In this document: piece after piece, positions 50,095 to 63,820 of the stretch | How positions within the stretch are numbered: the stretch's first letter is position 1 | How the letters are laid out: the number at the start of each line of letters is the position of its first letter | Assembly (NCBI GenBank): GCA_030704615.1 | Contig: CM060734.1 | Location: forward strand, 33,542,001 to 33,606,000 | Source: Takakia lepidozioides | Taxonomy: Eukaryota; Plantae; Bryophyta | Length of the DNA stretch: 64,000 nucleotides | Direction: 5' to 3' | Notes under the pieces: model-generated | Told to the model about the DNA's origin: nothing | The model's input: only the letters and a program-made list of their open reading frames with translations | Database searches by the model: none | Program-made: the position numbers and the translations under genes

Positions 50095-51432
50095 TTAAGG
50101 CTTAGCAGCGAAGTCAGGCTCCCAGTCACAATGGGCAAGAGCGTAGCGAGTGAGGTTGCCATGCTCAACGGGACGGTCGATACGGGACCAGACGTCCGTA
50201 CCAAGATCGTAATTTGCAACTGATCTCTGGTTTGCGTGGGATACCAGAAAGGAAATGCAATGCGCACCAGCTGAGCAATCGTAATCTTTGTGGGAGATAC
50301 GAGCTTGGAAGAAGTCCAAAAAAATATCTGGAGGCATGAATGTCACAGGTATAAGCGCACCAGTGGGCGTGCCATAAGTCAGGAATTCAATTTCATAGAT
50401 ATTAATGGTGGTGGGATTCCTGGTTTTTCGAGTCACTACGTAGATGCTTGTTGAAGGTCCACACTGCACGACTCTTGGAGCCTCAACACTTTCCGCCATG
50501 CCAGAAGGCCCTTCTATGCGGAATGGGATCAAGTTCCATCTGAATTGCAACGTTTCCACCCAGAAGATTTTGTTCTCCCACTCTCTTACTGGGGGTTGCC
50601 CTGGCGTCCTTATATAACGATTGGTGCCCACTTGGCCTCCAAGAAATAGCGAATTGCGGATGACGGCTAGATCGGTTCTTCCGTTGATGGGGAGACGGGC
50701 ATCCTCCACAGAAGTCTGTGCTATCCATTTATCCTCAGTAGAATCGTAGGTTATTATCACAATTTTGCTCATAGCATTTTCTTGTCGATTGTCACCAGCG
50801 ACATGCAAACGATACGTTACGTGACTGTAAGGCTCAGGCCTCATACTTGGACGTCTCGGACCCGGAAGCAAAACCAAGCGGGCCACCTTGTTTTTCATCT
50901 TGTGCGTCGCGTGTCGAGGCATGAATTTGATCTCTTTTGTGAGTGGATTACATACCAGCAAGATCGACTGCTCAGGGTACAAACCCAGATTGTATTCTTC
51001 TTCTGGCACTCCACTCCCCGGGATGGGAGGTGTGCCCGGATTGGGATGTCTGGGCTGCAATCCTCCATTCACACACAGAAGGCCTCCGCCTCCAGCTATG
51101 ATGTCGTTCACTTCCAATGGCAAGAAGTCCAATGGCGGTAGATTGAGCCAGTTTTCTACGGCAACAAACCTTCGGCTGTTGTTTGCCTGATTGATGATGG
51201 TCGGGAAGTATGTTTCATACTGGCGTTCCTCAGGGTCGTAAAACAATGCAGGGGTCCAATCGTACAAACTGTCGCTCTGTGGCCTGCCACGCCAACTTTC
51301 CCAAGCGCTTTGTAAGTCTCGGGCTGTTTTCAAATACAGTGTGAAAATACGACAAATGGTACGGGGTGTCTTTACACTCCATATGAAATCGTGGCGCAGC
51401 ACCTCCATTCGACCATTATATTCCTTCCACAT
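50095..51432 (-). CDS. F-box-associated / Kelch-like beta-propeller protein, 445 aa, paralog 1
   Basis: IIAGGGGLLCV...LLVCNPLTKEIKFMP, typical of plant F-box C-terminal propellers; N-terminal DFIWS..P..I.RIF may be a degenerate F-box. Intronless. Confidence 0.65.
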   Translation of the reverse strand: MWKEYNGRMEVLRHDFIWSVKTPRTICRIFTLYLKTARDLQSAWESWRGRPQSDSLYDWTPALFYDPEERQYETYFPTIINQANNSRRFVAVENWLNLPPLDFLPLEVNDIIAGGGGLLCVNGGLQPRHPNPGTPPIPGSGVPEEEYNLGLYPEQSILLVCNPLTKEIKFMPRHATHKMKNKVARLVLLPGPRRPSMRPEPYSHVTYRLHVAGDNRQENAMSKIVIITYDSTEDKWIAQTSVEDARLPINGRTDLAVIRNSLFLGGQVGTNRYIRTPGQPPVREWENKIFWVETLQFRWNLIPFRIEGPSGMAESVEAPRVVQCGPSTSIYVVTRKTRNPTTINIYEIEFLTYGTPTGALIPVTFMPPDIFLDFFQARISHKDYDCSAGAHCISFLVSHANQRSVANYDLGTDVWSRIDRPVEHGNLTRYALAHCDWEPDFAAKP

Positions 51433-53327
51433 TTTTGTTTGCCTTGCAAAGAAAAATGGATAATAATATTTGTCCGGTGTTTGTTGGATGTTGTTTAGTT
51501 AATCAACACTTGCAACTCCGCAATCCATACAATAATATGCATGTATGGCTCCTGTAATAACCCGGCATGGGTTTAATTACAACACTCGTTTGCCAATTAA
51601 TATAAGAACCTGAAAAAATGCATGAATTTTCCGCTCAACCGGAATCCTCATCTTGCGGACCGGATCACTACCGGGCCAGTATCCACAATATACTCATGTA
51701 ATAAAAAGGTAACAACAAACGAAAACTTGATCTCCATAGTGAGGACCAAGAGACCATGTTGAATCAACATATGGATATATTTCGTCCATGAAGATAGGAA
51801 ACTAGGGTTAGGACTAAAGAAGAAAGACAGTCCTATCGGCCTTTGGTCGGCTAATAGGCACGGACAAATAACTTATTGCGTCAAGAGTCATGACCCTTGA
51901 ACCTGACCAACGAGAAGTTGCCTACCAACATTCAGTACCAATTCCGGTGGATTCCATATAATGAGTAGGAGGTCGCCCAAGGATTGGACTTAGTTTGAAC
52001 CTCTCTTTTACTATACCCAAGTGGAAACAATAGCTTACAAACTATTCAAGCTGACACCACCCATTAACGCCATTGGTATTATGTAAGAAAAAATTGAATC
52101 CTACTCAAAGCAAGCGTAGATGATGATAAATTTCACCATGTAGGACTACTGCCTTCCAAATGGAAGGTGGACAGTTATTTATGGCTGTAACCGGAGCGAC
52201 GCGCTTCGCAAACTTCCCCCCAAACTCGAAAATCCTTAGGTACCCAGAGACATCAGGCGACCCGAACCAGCCCAAATTACACCTGACTTGGCTATACATA
52301 ATGCATGACATCCAACACACACTTATGTGGATTTCCATGAAGGTATCCAGTATCCATTATCCACTTGGGCCATCTCTTGGATGTTGTGGTATTGCATATA
52401 GATATGATCAAGGCTATTTCCTTTTTTCTTTGTTAAAGAGTAAATGAAATTCAGTCCGATTTCTAGTCCATCTCCAAAAGATCTTACATAAGTATTCCAA
52501 GTTTCTGTCCCCAAGCTCTATGAAACTTGGCAAGCATATAGGATACTTAATTAACCTTAAGGGCCCACGAGACCCGTTTGGGGTTTCTTGGAAGTAGATT
52601 TTCCTATCTACTTTTTCCAGATGTTAATATTTTTAAATGATTCCAACTGCAATAGATTTTCTGACAAAATGGCCCACCCTCTTACATTGAAAGCAACAAA
52701 TTCTGATGAATTATCGGACATGTAAATTTTCTAGAAAACCCAGTTGTCATGAATTGGAGCATGCGAGAAGGGCCATGCAGAGTTGACTGTTTACATGGCG
52801 AGTCATAATTGGCCCACAGTTGGGCCCACTGGGGTCTTTTGTAGATTCTACCATTGGATTTACAGTTTGTTGTTACATTGTTACCAGACTCACTATTGTA
52901 GTGTACTCCACACCCTCACTGCGGGGATTGAGTGAAACATCTAATAACAAAAGGCTAATGTTCGCAATGGACTCTTCCTGAATTGCTAAGCTATAGAGAT
53001 TAGGGTTTGTGGGGGAGCCCATCCAGCAGGCTACTTATTACTTGGCAATTACTTGAGCATGCAGGGCCCAGTAAAAAAAAATCAAAAGCATGAACAACAC
53101 CATAGCTATATTCAAAATAACCTCAAAACAACCTCAAAATGTCATATTAATTGGGGGTTGCATAAATAGGGCTTCGATCCCACGTGCTATATATATACAG
53201 TTTGTGAAGGGCCACAGTAGTTCTGAGGCGTGCCTCGTGATTTAGTTCAATTGTAGGGTTACTGACCTCTCATAGTCGACTTAGATGCCTCGTCTCCCGG
53301 CCGCCTAGGACTCGTCCTGTAGATGAG

Positions 53328-54887
53328 CTAGGGCCTTGCTCTCCAATCGGGAGTCCATGTGCATTTGGACAAAGCATATCTCCTTGCAGTGTTCGTCTCA
53401 GCCGCTGGGGATATGGAGGAGGACCACTTTTGGGTAACCAAATCATAAACGCCCATTGCTGCTTGATTCACTTGTCCAACCAAAATACAAATGTAATGCG
53501 TGCCTGATGAGCAATCGTATTCCTTGGAGGCTGTTTTGCTTCCAAATAGGTTCGTAAAGACGTCCTTGGGCATTGTGGTCACAAGTTTGAAAGCACCGGT
53601 AGGGAAACCATCCAACTGCATCAAGACTTCGTAGATTTCAATGTTTATGGGCGCCTCAGTTGTTCGAGTGACTGCGTAGACAGGTTCTCCAATTTGACAC
53701 TGTATTACTCTTGGAGGCTGCAAGGCTTGCCCTCGGGGAGAGCCATCAACACCGAGTGCTTGAAAATCAACAGAATGCCATTTAAGAGTTGAAGAATGTA
53801 TAAAGAATATCTTGTTTGCCCACACCTTACATACCTTCAAAGCCCACGTGGCTTCTTGGCCTGTTGATCCATTCCTTACAGCTTTCTGTGGTGGTGCAGT
53901 CTCCCCCTCGGTCCCACTAGTCTTCGTCTTCATTTTCTGAACTTTAATCTGTATGAATTGCTCTGTTTCCTCTTGGCCTCCAAGGTAGAACCCACCCTCA
54001 AGCATAGCTAGACCAGTTTTTCCACACTTGATGGAACCAAGTCGGGCATGACCTACAACCGTGCCTGATATCCATGAATCTGCTCTGGAATCATATGTCA
54101 GCATAACCAACTCGTGAGAGGCCGGCTCATGAAGGGTTCGTGGTTCATGATGGATACCAAGTACATGCAACCGGTATCTGGTACGAGGTGCGGACAACAC
54201 ATCTGATTGATTTACTCGCGTTGGAACTCGCAACAGCTGCAGACATGCCACTTTCCAATCCAATTTTTTGTTGGTGTGCCTTGGGATAAATTTGATCTCT
54301 TGCGTCAGAGGGTTACAAACTAGTAGGATCGATTGTTGGGGATACAAGTTGACGTTGTAATCCTTTGCATACGGAATTGGTGGAGTTCCTGGATTCGTGT
54401 GCCTCGGCTGCACTCCACCGTTGACACATAGTAGTCCACCGTCACCGGCAATGATATCGGTCACTTCCAAAGGGAGAAAGTTCATTCGTGGCATGCCCAC
54501 CCAGGCAACAGTCCGACAACACCCCTTCTGGTTGGAGCTGTATGCGACGACTTTCCCATCTGTCTGGTTGACGATGGTTGGGAAGTATGTCTCATATTCA
54601 CAGTTGGCTACATTTTTGAGCATCCCAGGATGCCAGGCGGCTGCGACCATGTCACAATCGTGCTTATTACGCTGTGGAGGCTTATCACGCCAGTTCTTCC
54701 AAGCAGTTTCAAGGTCATCGCTTTCCTCTAATAAATCAGAAAAGATGTCGATCACATCTGTAACTTGCAGGTTTTTCCACACAAAATCAGATTGGAGAAC
54801 TTGACGAATGCGTTTATTATCCGTTTTAGCTTTTTCCTCTGCTTGAATTTCAGGAGAGTCTTTGTGGACTTGGCGAAACGGATTTTG
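53328..54887 (-). CDS. F-box-associated / Kelch-like beta-propeller protein, paralog 2; start unresolved
   Basis: Shares YETYFPTI.NQ, FLPLEV.DIIAG.GGLLCVNGG.QPRH.NPGTPPIP, QSILLVCNPLT, YDCS.G.H.I and W.PD..A.P with paralog 1. The frame is open to ~54887 but lacks an ATG at the N-terminus. Confidence 0.65.
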   Translation of the reverse strand, partial: QNPFRQVHKDSPEIQAEEKAKTDNKRIRQVLQSDFVWKNLQVTDVIDIFSDLLEESDDLETAWKNWRDKPPQRNKHDCDMVAAAWHPGMLKNVANCEYETYFPTIVNQTDGKVVAYSSNQKGCCRTVAWVGMPRMNFLPLEVTDIIAGDGGLLCVNGGVQPRHTNPGTPPIPYAKDYNVNLYPQQSILLVCNPLTQEIKFIPRHTNKKLDWKVACLQLLRVPTRVNQSDVLSAPRTRYRLHVLGIHHEPRTLHEPASHELVMLTYDSRADSWISGTVVGHARLGSIKCGKTGLAMLEGGFYLGGQEETEQFIQIKVQKMKTKTSGTEGETAPPQKAVRNGSTGQEATWALKVCKVWANKIFFIHSSTLKWHSVDFQALGVDGSPRGQALQPPRVIQCQIGEPVYAVTRTTEAPINIEIYEVLMQLDGFPTGAFKLVTTMPKDVFTNLFGSKTASKEYDCSSGTHYICILVGQVNQAAMGVYDLVTQKWSSSISPAAETNTARRYALSKCTWTPDWRARP

Positions 54888-57518
54888 TTACAACAGCTTT
54901 CTGTGGTGGTGAAATTACATCAGTGGCTGATGGAGACCTGCAACAAAACATTTGCAAATTTTATAACATGAGGCTGCACAGTTGCTAATACTTGTGTGTA
55001 GCAACCTTCCTCTTCACCAAGTTTTTGCTCATGATTAGCAGTGACGACATCCACATAAATTCAGCTTGGCTGCAGGACACCGGTCCATAATCTAACACAA
55101 GAGCACAATCTCCTGGTCTTCTTTCTTTGGGAACGGAGATTTTGATCAGAGACTTTACAAGTCTTTCATGCACTTATGGACCCATGAAGCATACTCAATT
55201 TGAGGGATCGACATTGAGTTTTGGCTTGTTGAACAATTCACGCCAAACACGGAATTGGACATCCTTGATCTGGCCTCAAAGACGGTGGACCCATTTCGAG
55301 AGGAGCATAAAAAGCGAACCGCTGCACAGGCCTACTAACATTGGCCATGAAGTTTCGGGCCTCTACTATTTAAAGCAAAAAGTGCGATGGAGGGGAGGAG
55401 AAGACGAGAGAGACGCTCCGGCCTTTGCTCCATCTGCAAACTCCTATCAGATCAGAGATGAAGAGTATGTAGATGTGTGTTGGAGGTAGAAAGTGGACAT
55501 GAAGAGGTAGTACTCCCTGAAAAGGTAGAAACATACTATGAAAAGGCAGAAGCAGGTGATGAAGAGGTGGGTAGTTATTTGTAACAACTTCTCCTTGCCA
55601 TCCCTGCCCCACTACTACGACTATATATCTGAGCTACCTCCAAATTGTTTGGAGGCACACTAAACTAGTGCAACTATATATAGAGACATACAGAACAGAT
55701 AGCAAGGGAAAATATACTCGATAAAAACTTACGTAAAGAAGAAGAAGACTTTACCGCGACTGAAAATAATACGAGTCTGGAGAGGCCTCTCTCGACATCA
55801 AAGAAATCTCTGGTTCCTCCATCGCTAGGCATTGAATACACAAATCAGAGGCCAGGTTATTGCACTGCTCAAGAGCACATTCAATCCTTCCTCTTGTGCG
55901 CTTTTCTTTCTTGGGTTCCTGTTGTGGTTACAAGTTAGAACTGCAATTTCCGTAGTACCTAACCAATGCACGAGCTTCCTCTTTCTCGCATCTACCACCT
56001 TCAATCTTCTACAGAGTGGGAGTAAAGATCGGACTTCCCCGAGTAGGCGTTCCTCCCTGGATCCCACGTCTCCCTGTTTATATTAGAGGGGAGTGGGCCC
56101 CGAGAATGATACCTGCGCTTCCCAACCAACAAACAAACAAAACTCGGAAGAAACCAGACACTAACCAACCAGTTGGTCTGTCGGTAAATCTTCGTGCCTT
56201 GCATTCACCCTGCCACGCGGCACCGCGGCCCCGTGCCACCCACGTGCTCCAGTTTCGCCATCTTATTCGCCAGAATCAGTAGAATAAATTTTCTGAACTG
56301 CAGAAGTTAGCACGTTGCGAGGAGTGATTGGTTTTCAAAATTTTCAAATTTCTGTAAAATAATTAATTCTGTTTTTAGCGTTAAATAGTAAAAAGGAAAA
56401 CAAAATGAAAAATGAAGAATGTAAAATATTGTTTTGATAGAGCTGAAAATTATTTCAATGATGAGTGCATAGGGTTCCACACGGGTAAATGTAATTCATT
56501 CGCGATTTTTCTGATAGAGCCAGAAAATAGGAGAATATCAATAATTTTATGGCGAAACTTCCCTCCGGGAAGCGAATTGCGAGGGAGCACGTGTCCACCT
56601 CGAGGGAAGAGCACCTCGTGCTGCTCGGTTGTGTTTTTGGAGGGTGGGTTTTTCGAGTTGTATTCTTCCCGCGGTGGGGACTGTGGAGCTGCGCTATATA
56701 ATTCCTGTGTGCGCGCTCGCTCCCATCTCGCACCTCTCTCATCTTTCGCTCGCATCATCTCTCCACTTTGAAATCTGTGGGTTACTGTTGGTTTTTTTTT
56801 CCCGGTTCACAGGCTTGCGATAATGTGTCTGGTGCTTGGCAAGCTCGAAATCAGTTGTATCATCTTCCAATGAAAGCGTTCTGTCTCCCCCCTATCTCCT
56901 CTGCTACTCAGATAGCAACACTGGGCTCCATCAGTCTCTGTGTGTGAGGAAAAACTGGAGCCATCTCCATCAGTTCACCGTTATGCTGTGACAGTCATAT
57001 TGTGGCCATTTGTAGTGCATAATCGCACACTCTTGCGCAAAATTGTGTACAACTCTCATAGTTTGGTGTCTTCTGCTTGGCTTCACCACGCGGCCTCTTT
57101 GTGGAAGCATCAAAAACAGAATCCAAGCAGGTTTGATTTCGTACTCTAGTCTGTAAGCTCGGTTGATGATGTCTGTCACAGGCCGTTTGACGATGCGATG
57201 GTTATATTCGATGAACATACACTTTTTGCAAATGAATTTAGGTGATTGCAAGGGCATTTTGTGTACTTGAAAATAGGTACTGTGATCTGGCTTCGTGATT
57301 GTGCGCCGCTTCTAATGTTCCTTTGCCACATAATCGGACTGTACTCACTAGTCTACTCATCCCTTTCTTCCGAGATAACGAGTTAGAACTCTCTGCAGGA
57401 CTTCACAGTGACTTCAGTATCATACGCACAGAGGTGATTTAGCATGGGAAAAATCCATTTGTAAACTATACACGAACTGCGGAGCGTGAGGGTGGTGAAT
57501 GAAGGCTTGGACAGCAAG

Positions 57519-60500
57519 ATGATGATCAAGGGAGCAACAGGAGTTGCAATAGCTGGTTCGATCGGTAATCTGCTGCAGGGATGGGACAATGGGGCAATTG
57601 CAGGTCAGTTCTTTCCATCTGAGCTGTAGATTCATCCATTTGAAAGTGCGACCCAATGTAGCGTTTTCAGTGCAGCTCGAGCTTATGTGTGGATATTTGA
57701 TACCAGTAAAGTGGTCTGACTTCGATTTGAAACTTTGAACCAGTGTTCTGGCCACTAGTGCGCACCCTTCTGGACCTGTGAGGCCCGATATGCCAAGGTT
57801 TTCTGAGGACATCCCGTTGTCCTCACTCTGTGCAGCCTGTGTGCCCTGCAAAGAACTCTTCGATTTTAAGAGGAGGCCAAGGCAAGCATAGGCCGAGCTC
57901 TTCCAGAAAACTAATTATGTGGATGTAGTGATCTCGCAGTTTCAAATCAAACATTGACCCAGTGTTGTTAGCCAGGAAGACTAGTCGGATCAAACCTCCT
58001 GTGGATGGCCATACCTATCTAGAAGGTTACAAAATGAAGCTATCATTGAACTGTCTTGACTAGATGTTGATGGGTCCTTTTGTATGCAGGAGCTCTGTTG
58101 TATCTCAAACCAGAATTCAACTTGGATTCCGCGCCTGCTCTAGAAGGATTGGTGGTGGCCTCCACTCTAATCGGAGCAGTGGCAAGTGTAACTGTTGCCG
58201 GGCCTGCAGCTGATTGGGCCGGCCGAAAATCAATGCTATGTGTCTCTGGAGTACTCTTTTTCCTCTCAGCGCTAATCATGTCATGGGCTCCCACTGTCTA
58301 CATCCTCATACTTGGCCGCATCCTCGTGGGCAGCGCAATTGGGTTGGCTGCCACCATTGTACCCATTCTGATCTCCGAGTCATCACCCGCTGAGATTCGG
58401 GGGCAGCTGTCTACATTTCCACAATTTTTTGGCTCAGCAGGGCTGTTCCTTGCTTATGTCATGGCATCTTTTCTGTCATTGCAAACCAACCCGAATTGGC
58501 GGTTCATGTTGGGGATTTTATCTGTGCCCTCTCTCATTTACGTTCTTCTATGTTTCTTTATGATGCCGGAGTCGCCTCGATGGCTAGCAAGTAAAGGTCG
58601 TATCTTGGAAGCCAAAACTGTACTTCAAAATCTTCGCAATAGGGAGGATGTGTCAGGTAAGACCCTCTTCCTTCTCTTCCTCGGACCATCAATCTGTTTT
58701 CGTTTCTTGAGTGTGTCTGGGTCCGATCCCCTTCCTTTTCGCAGACATTTGATTACGTAGACTTCATGGCCGCATGACTGCGAGGTATCCAAGTGAAGCA
58801 GTCATTACACCTAACCACCATGCAAGGCCCTAAGGACAGTAGAGCTGTTTGCTGTATCCGACACTGTGATTTTCCCACTCTGACTGTGAACTTGTATTCA
58901 TGACTGCTGATCAATATAATCCAATTTTGCAGCGGAGCTTGCACTGTTGGTGGAAGGGCTTGGGGTAGGAGCAGAGGGCCATCTTGAAGAATGGCTACTG
59001 AAGCCAGCTGAAAAAGTAATAGAGGAACCCGAAGGCCAGATCAAATTGTTTAGTCCTGACGAAAGTGTGGCCTGGGTTGCGACCCCCGTAGTAGACGAAT
59101 CGGGTACTCATCAACATCATGGCCTCCTTAGAACCGCGAGTACGGACTCCCATGCACTTCTTCACATAGATTCCATGGTCACTTTACTTGGAAATATTCA
59201 GACCACTCTTGATCAACAACACATAACCCATGAAACCTACGACGATGCCGAGAAACCTGCCGATTGGGATGAAGAAGCTCAAGGAACCCAACGGTACTCA
59301 GCCAATGGATACAGCTCTGACACTGACTTGGGCATGGTCCGCGATGTTAACGAGAATTTGCGAACCCCACTTCTTTCCGAAAGAAATGACGGTGGTGGAC
59401 CGTACAAAAACCTCATTACTCTCTCTCGGAGCAGCTCTCAGCACAAGTTGTCCTTATCTCGATCAAACTCAAGAGATTTAATTGGTGGCGTTCCCGAACC
59501 TTTCGGCAGTGTAGGAATAGGAGGTGGCTGGCAACTTGCTTGGCAATGGAAAGAGAAAGCCGGATCAGGCGAAGGAGAGGATGTCGGACTCAAAAGAGTG
59601 TTTTTGAAGAGCGAGGGAGGGGATTTGTCCCACTTCCATTCTGCAATGTCGCTTCCAGGTGTTGAGGCATTAGCAGGAGAGCAAGATGCTTTCATGGTAC
59701 GGTTGCGTCTTTCAGAAACTCTTAGGGGAATCCTTTGTACGATTGGAGCTTAGACCGTGTAGTTCATAGTCTAGCCTGCCAAAGATCGAGAGAGAGAAAA
59801 AGTTGAGTCATTTTTGCTTACCTGTAGACGTTTTCAGACACTCAGCAATCTTATTGCGTGTTTCTTCAGGCTGCCGTTTTGGTTGCTGAACCAGCTGTTG
59901 GGAAGGATTTGTTGAATGAGCATGCGGTGGGGCCAGCGATGGTGCATCCTGCCGAAACAGCGAAACAGTCTAAGCCTTGGTCATTCTTACTGGAAGGTGG
60001 TGTGCGTCGCGCTCTCACTGTCGGAGTGGGACTACAGATCCTACAACAGGTGAGAGGATAGTCGATACTCACACATAAAAGTGATTTGTAGGAACTGTAG
60101 TTGCACCGATTTCTGACTTGGAAGATGGAAGATCGATGTCCTTACAATATACTGGGGTATTGTGTGCAGTTTTGTGGCATAAATGCTGTACTCTACTACT
60201 CGCCTCAAATACTCATGCAATCGGGTGCTGGAGATTTGTTAGCAAGTGTTGGAATTGATAGCGAATCGGCCTCCATTATGGCCAGTGGGCTCACATGCTT
60301 CCTGATGTTGCCGTGCATTCTGATGGCCATGTGGCTTATGGATCGCTCCGGACGGCGGTACTATTTGTCTCTCCCTCTTTGGGCTTTCTATCGACATTAT
60401 ACTCTTCGTTTCTCTTCTCCGCCCTGTTCTGCTTTAGTTGAGGAAACTGGTAGTATTTTTTCAAGGTCTACACTTACCAGTCAACATCACATCTGTCAGC

Positions 60501-61190
60501 TCGGAGTGGCCCAATTGTATACTCAAGTCGAGTGCTACATTGTTGCCTTCACCATCAACCATTAAAAAGTCCCTGGGGCTTGAAGTGGGTGCAGGGTAAA
60601 GTGTAAAAGCTATCAACCATGTTAAAGAATCCCTGGGGATTGAAGTGGGTTCTATTGTTGCTTAAATACTTGTAAGTCGTACAGGCATAGACTATTTGTC
60701 CTTCGAAGAGCACTCTCTGATTCTACATTGTGATTGTGGGCGCAGGCAATTGCTATTGGCAACCATGCCTATCCTTGCGATGTCATTGGTGGCGGTTGTG
60801 TTGACACAAATGTTCCTATCTACGGGGTTGATTCCAGCGGTCATCTCCTTCACTTGTGTCACGATCTTCATATGTTCGTTTGTGACAGGCTTCGGTCCAA
60901 TCCCCAACATTCTCTGCTCTGAGATCTTTCCAACCCGTGTACGGGGCATTTGTATCGGCATCTGTGCAGCTGCCATGTGGGGTAGTAACGTTATCGTCAC
61001 CTACTCCTTTCCTGTGTTAGTGCAGCGATTAGGACTGCAGGGAGTGTTTAGTATCTTTGCAGCAGTGAGCGTGATTTCCTGGATCTTCGTGTTCCTCAGA
61101 GTCCCAGAGACCAAGGGACTTCCCCTTGAACTTATCTCCGAATTCTTTGCCTTGTCCACAAAGAAAGATGAGAAGGGTCATGCTTACTAA
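57519..61190 (+). CDS. TST: Tonoplast sugar/monosaccharide transporter (TST/TMT, MFS); exons ~57519-57603, 58090-58656, 58933-59696, 59870-60049, 60170-60357, 60746-61190
   Basis: AIAGSIGNLLQGWDNGAIAG; ISESSPAEIRGQL; PESPRWL; long central loop with LVEGLGVG and GIGGGWQLAW; GPAMVHP; QILQQFCGINAVLYY; GPIPNILCSEIFPTRVRG; VPETKGLPLE. Confidence 0.95.
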
Positions 61191-61999
61191 GCTCTCGTTC
61201 ATATCTCCTCACCGAACACTTTCTCCCTCCTTCGGTTTAAACCCATGACGGTTGTCACCAAAGTCTCGAACTGCAAAAGCAGAGAGCAGACCATCAGCAA
61301 GACTTCGTACACTGTGTCCAGCAATCGAGCAACAATGGCTCTAATTACATGTCTAACTTAGCAACAGTTCCAGTATCCAAATGGTAACTGGGCAAAATTC
61401 GAATGTGCCATTGCATCGGTGTAGTCGTTTGCAGATCCTCGGACTCGGTGAGAGGCAGACGTTCCCTGTAAACTGATCAGGGAAAGTGGGTATAGAAACT
61501 GAGGGTCTGAGCACTGTGGTATCATTCTACGTTGACAAGATGGAGTCAGTGGCCCTCATGGGTCGGATGTAATTACACAAGAAGCCACCACACTTGTAAT
61601 TCCATGCAATATACTTTCAAATCTGTCCTTGCAAAACCTGTCCCTAAAACCTTGTGATGTCTTTTTGATTGCAATATCTCCACCAATATTGTAAAATCAT
61701 GGAAAGTTGTAGGTATGTAAGATAGGTACAATCCACCCTCAGTTGGATTACCTAGTGCACAGAGTTCCACCCAGATGACTCTGGGGTCAAATCCTGCTAC
61801 ATTGTTGGGTGTGGTATGTTCTTCTCCCCCGGCCTTGGCCGGTGTCCATCATAAGGCCTTCACGGTGAGGCTATTGTGAAAACGGTTCTCTCAATGGCGA
61901 CTTCCACAATTGGATTCATATTCTTCTCTCCGCTACTTCTAGTAAAGTGATTGTTAACGGTTTCATTTCCTCCTCTTTCCCTCTCTTCAAATCAGTGAG

Positions 62000-62700
62000 A
62001 CAAGGATGTTTCCTGGCCCCTTTCTCTTCCTAATCGCTGCCGACGGTCTTGGGCACCTTGGAATGATTCTGTTTGTTCATTGATAATAACTCCTACAGTA
62101 ATGTCCAAGCCTCACTGATACCCTTTCCTCCTGTTCAGCTTCTGGTCTGAAAGTGAACTGGAAGAAGTCGGATGGATTCTTAGCTCCTTATCTGATTCGG
62201 AGGGAGCAGCACACTATGCTGATTGGGGTTCTGATTTGGGAGTACGGTGGCTTTCTCGTGGGCAGCCCCATGTTCTGCTGGGGCATCAAATTGGGCTCGA
62301 TCCTGATGACAGTATCCGCTTCGCTCCAGTAATTGCCAGAATTAAGAGAAAACTAACCTACTGGAGCTCCATTCACCTTTCTATTGTTGGGCGTGCTTTG
62401 ATTGTCAACCAGATCTTATTAGCATCCTTCTGGTTTATTGCCTCAATTTGGTCTCCTGGATCGGCCATCATCAGACAAATCAAATCCCTAATGCGTATTT
62501 TTATTTGGGGAGCCACTCAAGTCACTACCAACAAAAGAGCCCTAGTGAGCTGGGTGCAGTTGTGTCAGAAAAAAAAACTTGGTAGTTTGGGCGTGATTGA
62601 TCCTCAGGCACAGATCCGATGCCCTTCTAGCTAAATGGGTTCCGAGAGTGTTTACTCATCTTACCAGTCCTTGGAGCATATTGTATATTGTTTTCACGGA
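62000..62700 (+). mobile_element. L1-like LINE reverse-transcriptase C-terminal fragment
   Basis: KLTYWSSIHLSIVGRALIVNQILLASFWF...FIWG...LVSWVQLCQKKKLGSLGVID. Confidence 0.85.
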
Positions 62701-62759
62701 TAACGGTTGCCTGGAGATACTCGAGGAGGGCATTGCTGTCATGCGTGGAGTTGCTTTCC

Positions 62760-63820
62760 GACGACTTTACCGCCTCCTGTTTGAGGCAGTAACCCCTGCA
62801 GCAACAACAATTGCTTACGCTGGAAGCTCATTCAGCGGTACCACAAGACGAGAGAGTACGCAAAGTCTTGATCGCTGGCACAAGCGACTGGCTCATGTTA
62901 ACCACTCAGCCATCAAGACGATGGCATCCAAGGACATGGTGGATGGTCTAATCATCGAAGGAGGACCCCATAGTTTATGCCCGGGTTGTGTCTACGGGAA
63001 GCAGCACAGAGCAGCTAAATCCCATGGAACGAGCATCGCATCAAATCAAGACTCCCTGGTGAGCTGAATACACCAATCAGTCATTCACAGAATATGTGAG
63101 CGTTGCCAACATTCAGTAGCAGCTCACAACTCCATACACGCCTGAGCAAAATGGAGCTGCAGAGCTGCAGAGAGAGATAACAGAACAATCGTGGAAGCAG
63201 CAAGAAGCATGTTGTATGCTGGTAACATACAGATTAAATTCTAGGGGGGAGGCAGTGCATACTGCAGTCTACGTTCTGAATAGGACCTATACACGGATGC
63301 TTGACGACATCACACCGCATGAGGCCTGGTATCAGTATCGTCCCTCAGTCTCGCATATCCGCATTTTCGGATGTGACGCATATGTTCACATCCCTAAGGA
63401 ACTGAGAAACAAACTGGCACCCAAGAGCAAGAAATGAGTACTGCTCATGGGGTACTCTAAGACCAGCAAGGCGTATCGGATTTGGTTTAACGATATCTGA
63501 AAATCGTTGAGAACCGGGATGTCCTCTTCGATGAGGAATTAGAAGACATGCCTCCTTAGCAACAACACATCAATCAGATTTGGTTTGAAGAAACCACACA
63601 CATTAATCTAAACCCCAATAGAGTAGTCCCAGTGCCAGCAGCTCCAGTTCACATTCCGCCACCAGTAGTTCGACTAGCACCAATTCTCGTTGGTATAGTC
63701 GCAGCTGGAGCACCCCGAGTTGTAGTGAGAGCACCTCCAGCTGTAGTGGTAGCAACACCAGTCCTTGCAAACAGGCTAGCTCCGGCTATGACACACCCAA
63801 GGGTAGATGCGAGGTTATAA
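62760..63820 (+). mobile_element. Ty1/copia remnant (GAG-pre-integrase, partial integrase, SH3-like)
   Basis: WHKRLAHVN, CPGCVYGKQHR, TTPYTPEQNGAAE..NRTIVEAARSML, AVHTAVYVLNR, RIFGCDAYVHIP...KLAPKS; internal deletion and frameshifts. Confidence 0.88.

Noticed and set aside
56200-56600. G-box/ABRE-like CACGTG motifs upstream of the sugar transporter (also near 1825)
   Set aside because: Short motifs expected by chance; no functional evidence from sequence alone.
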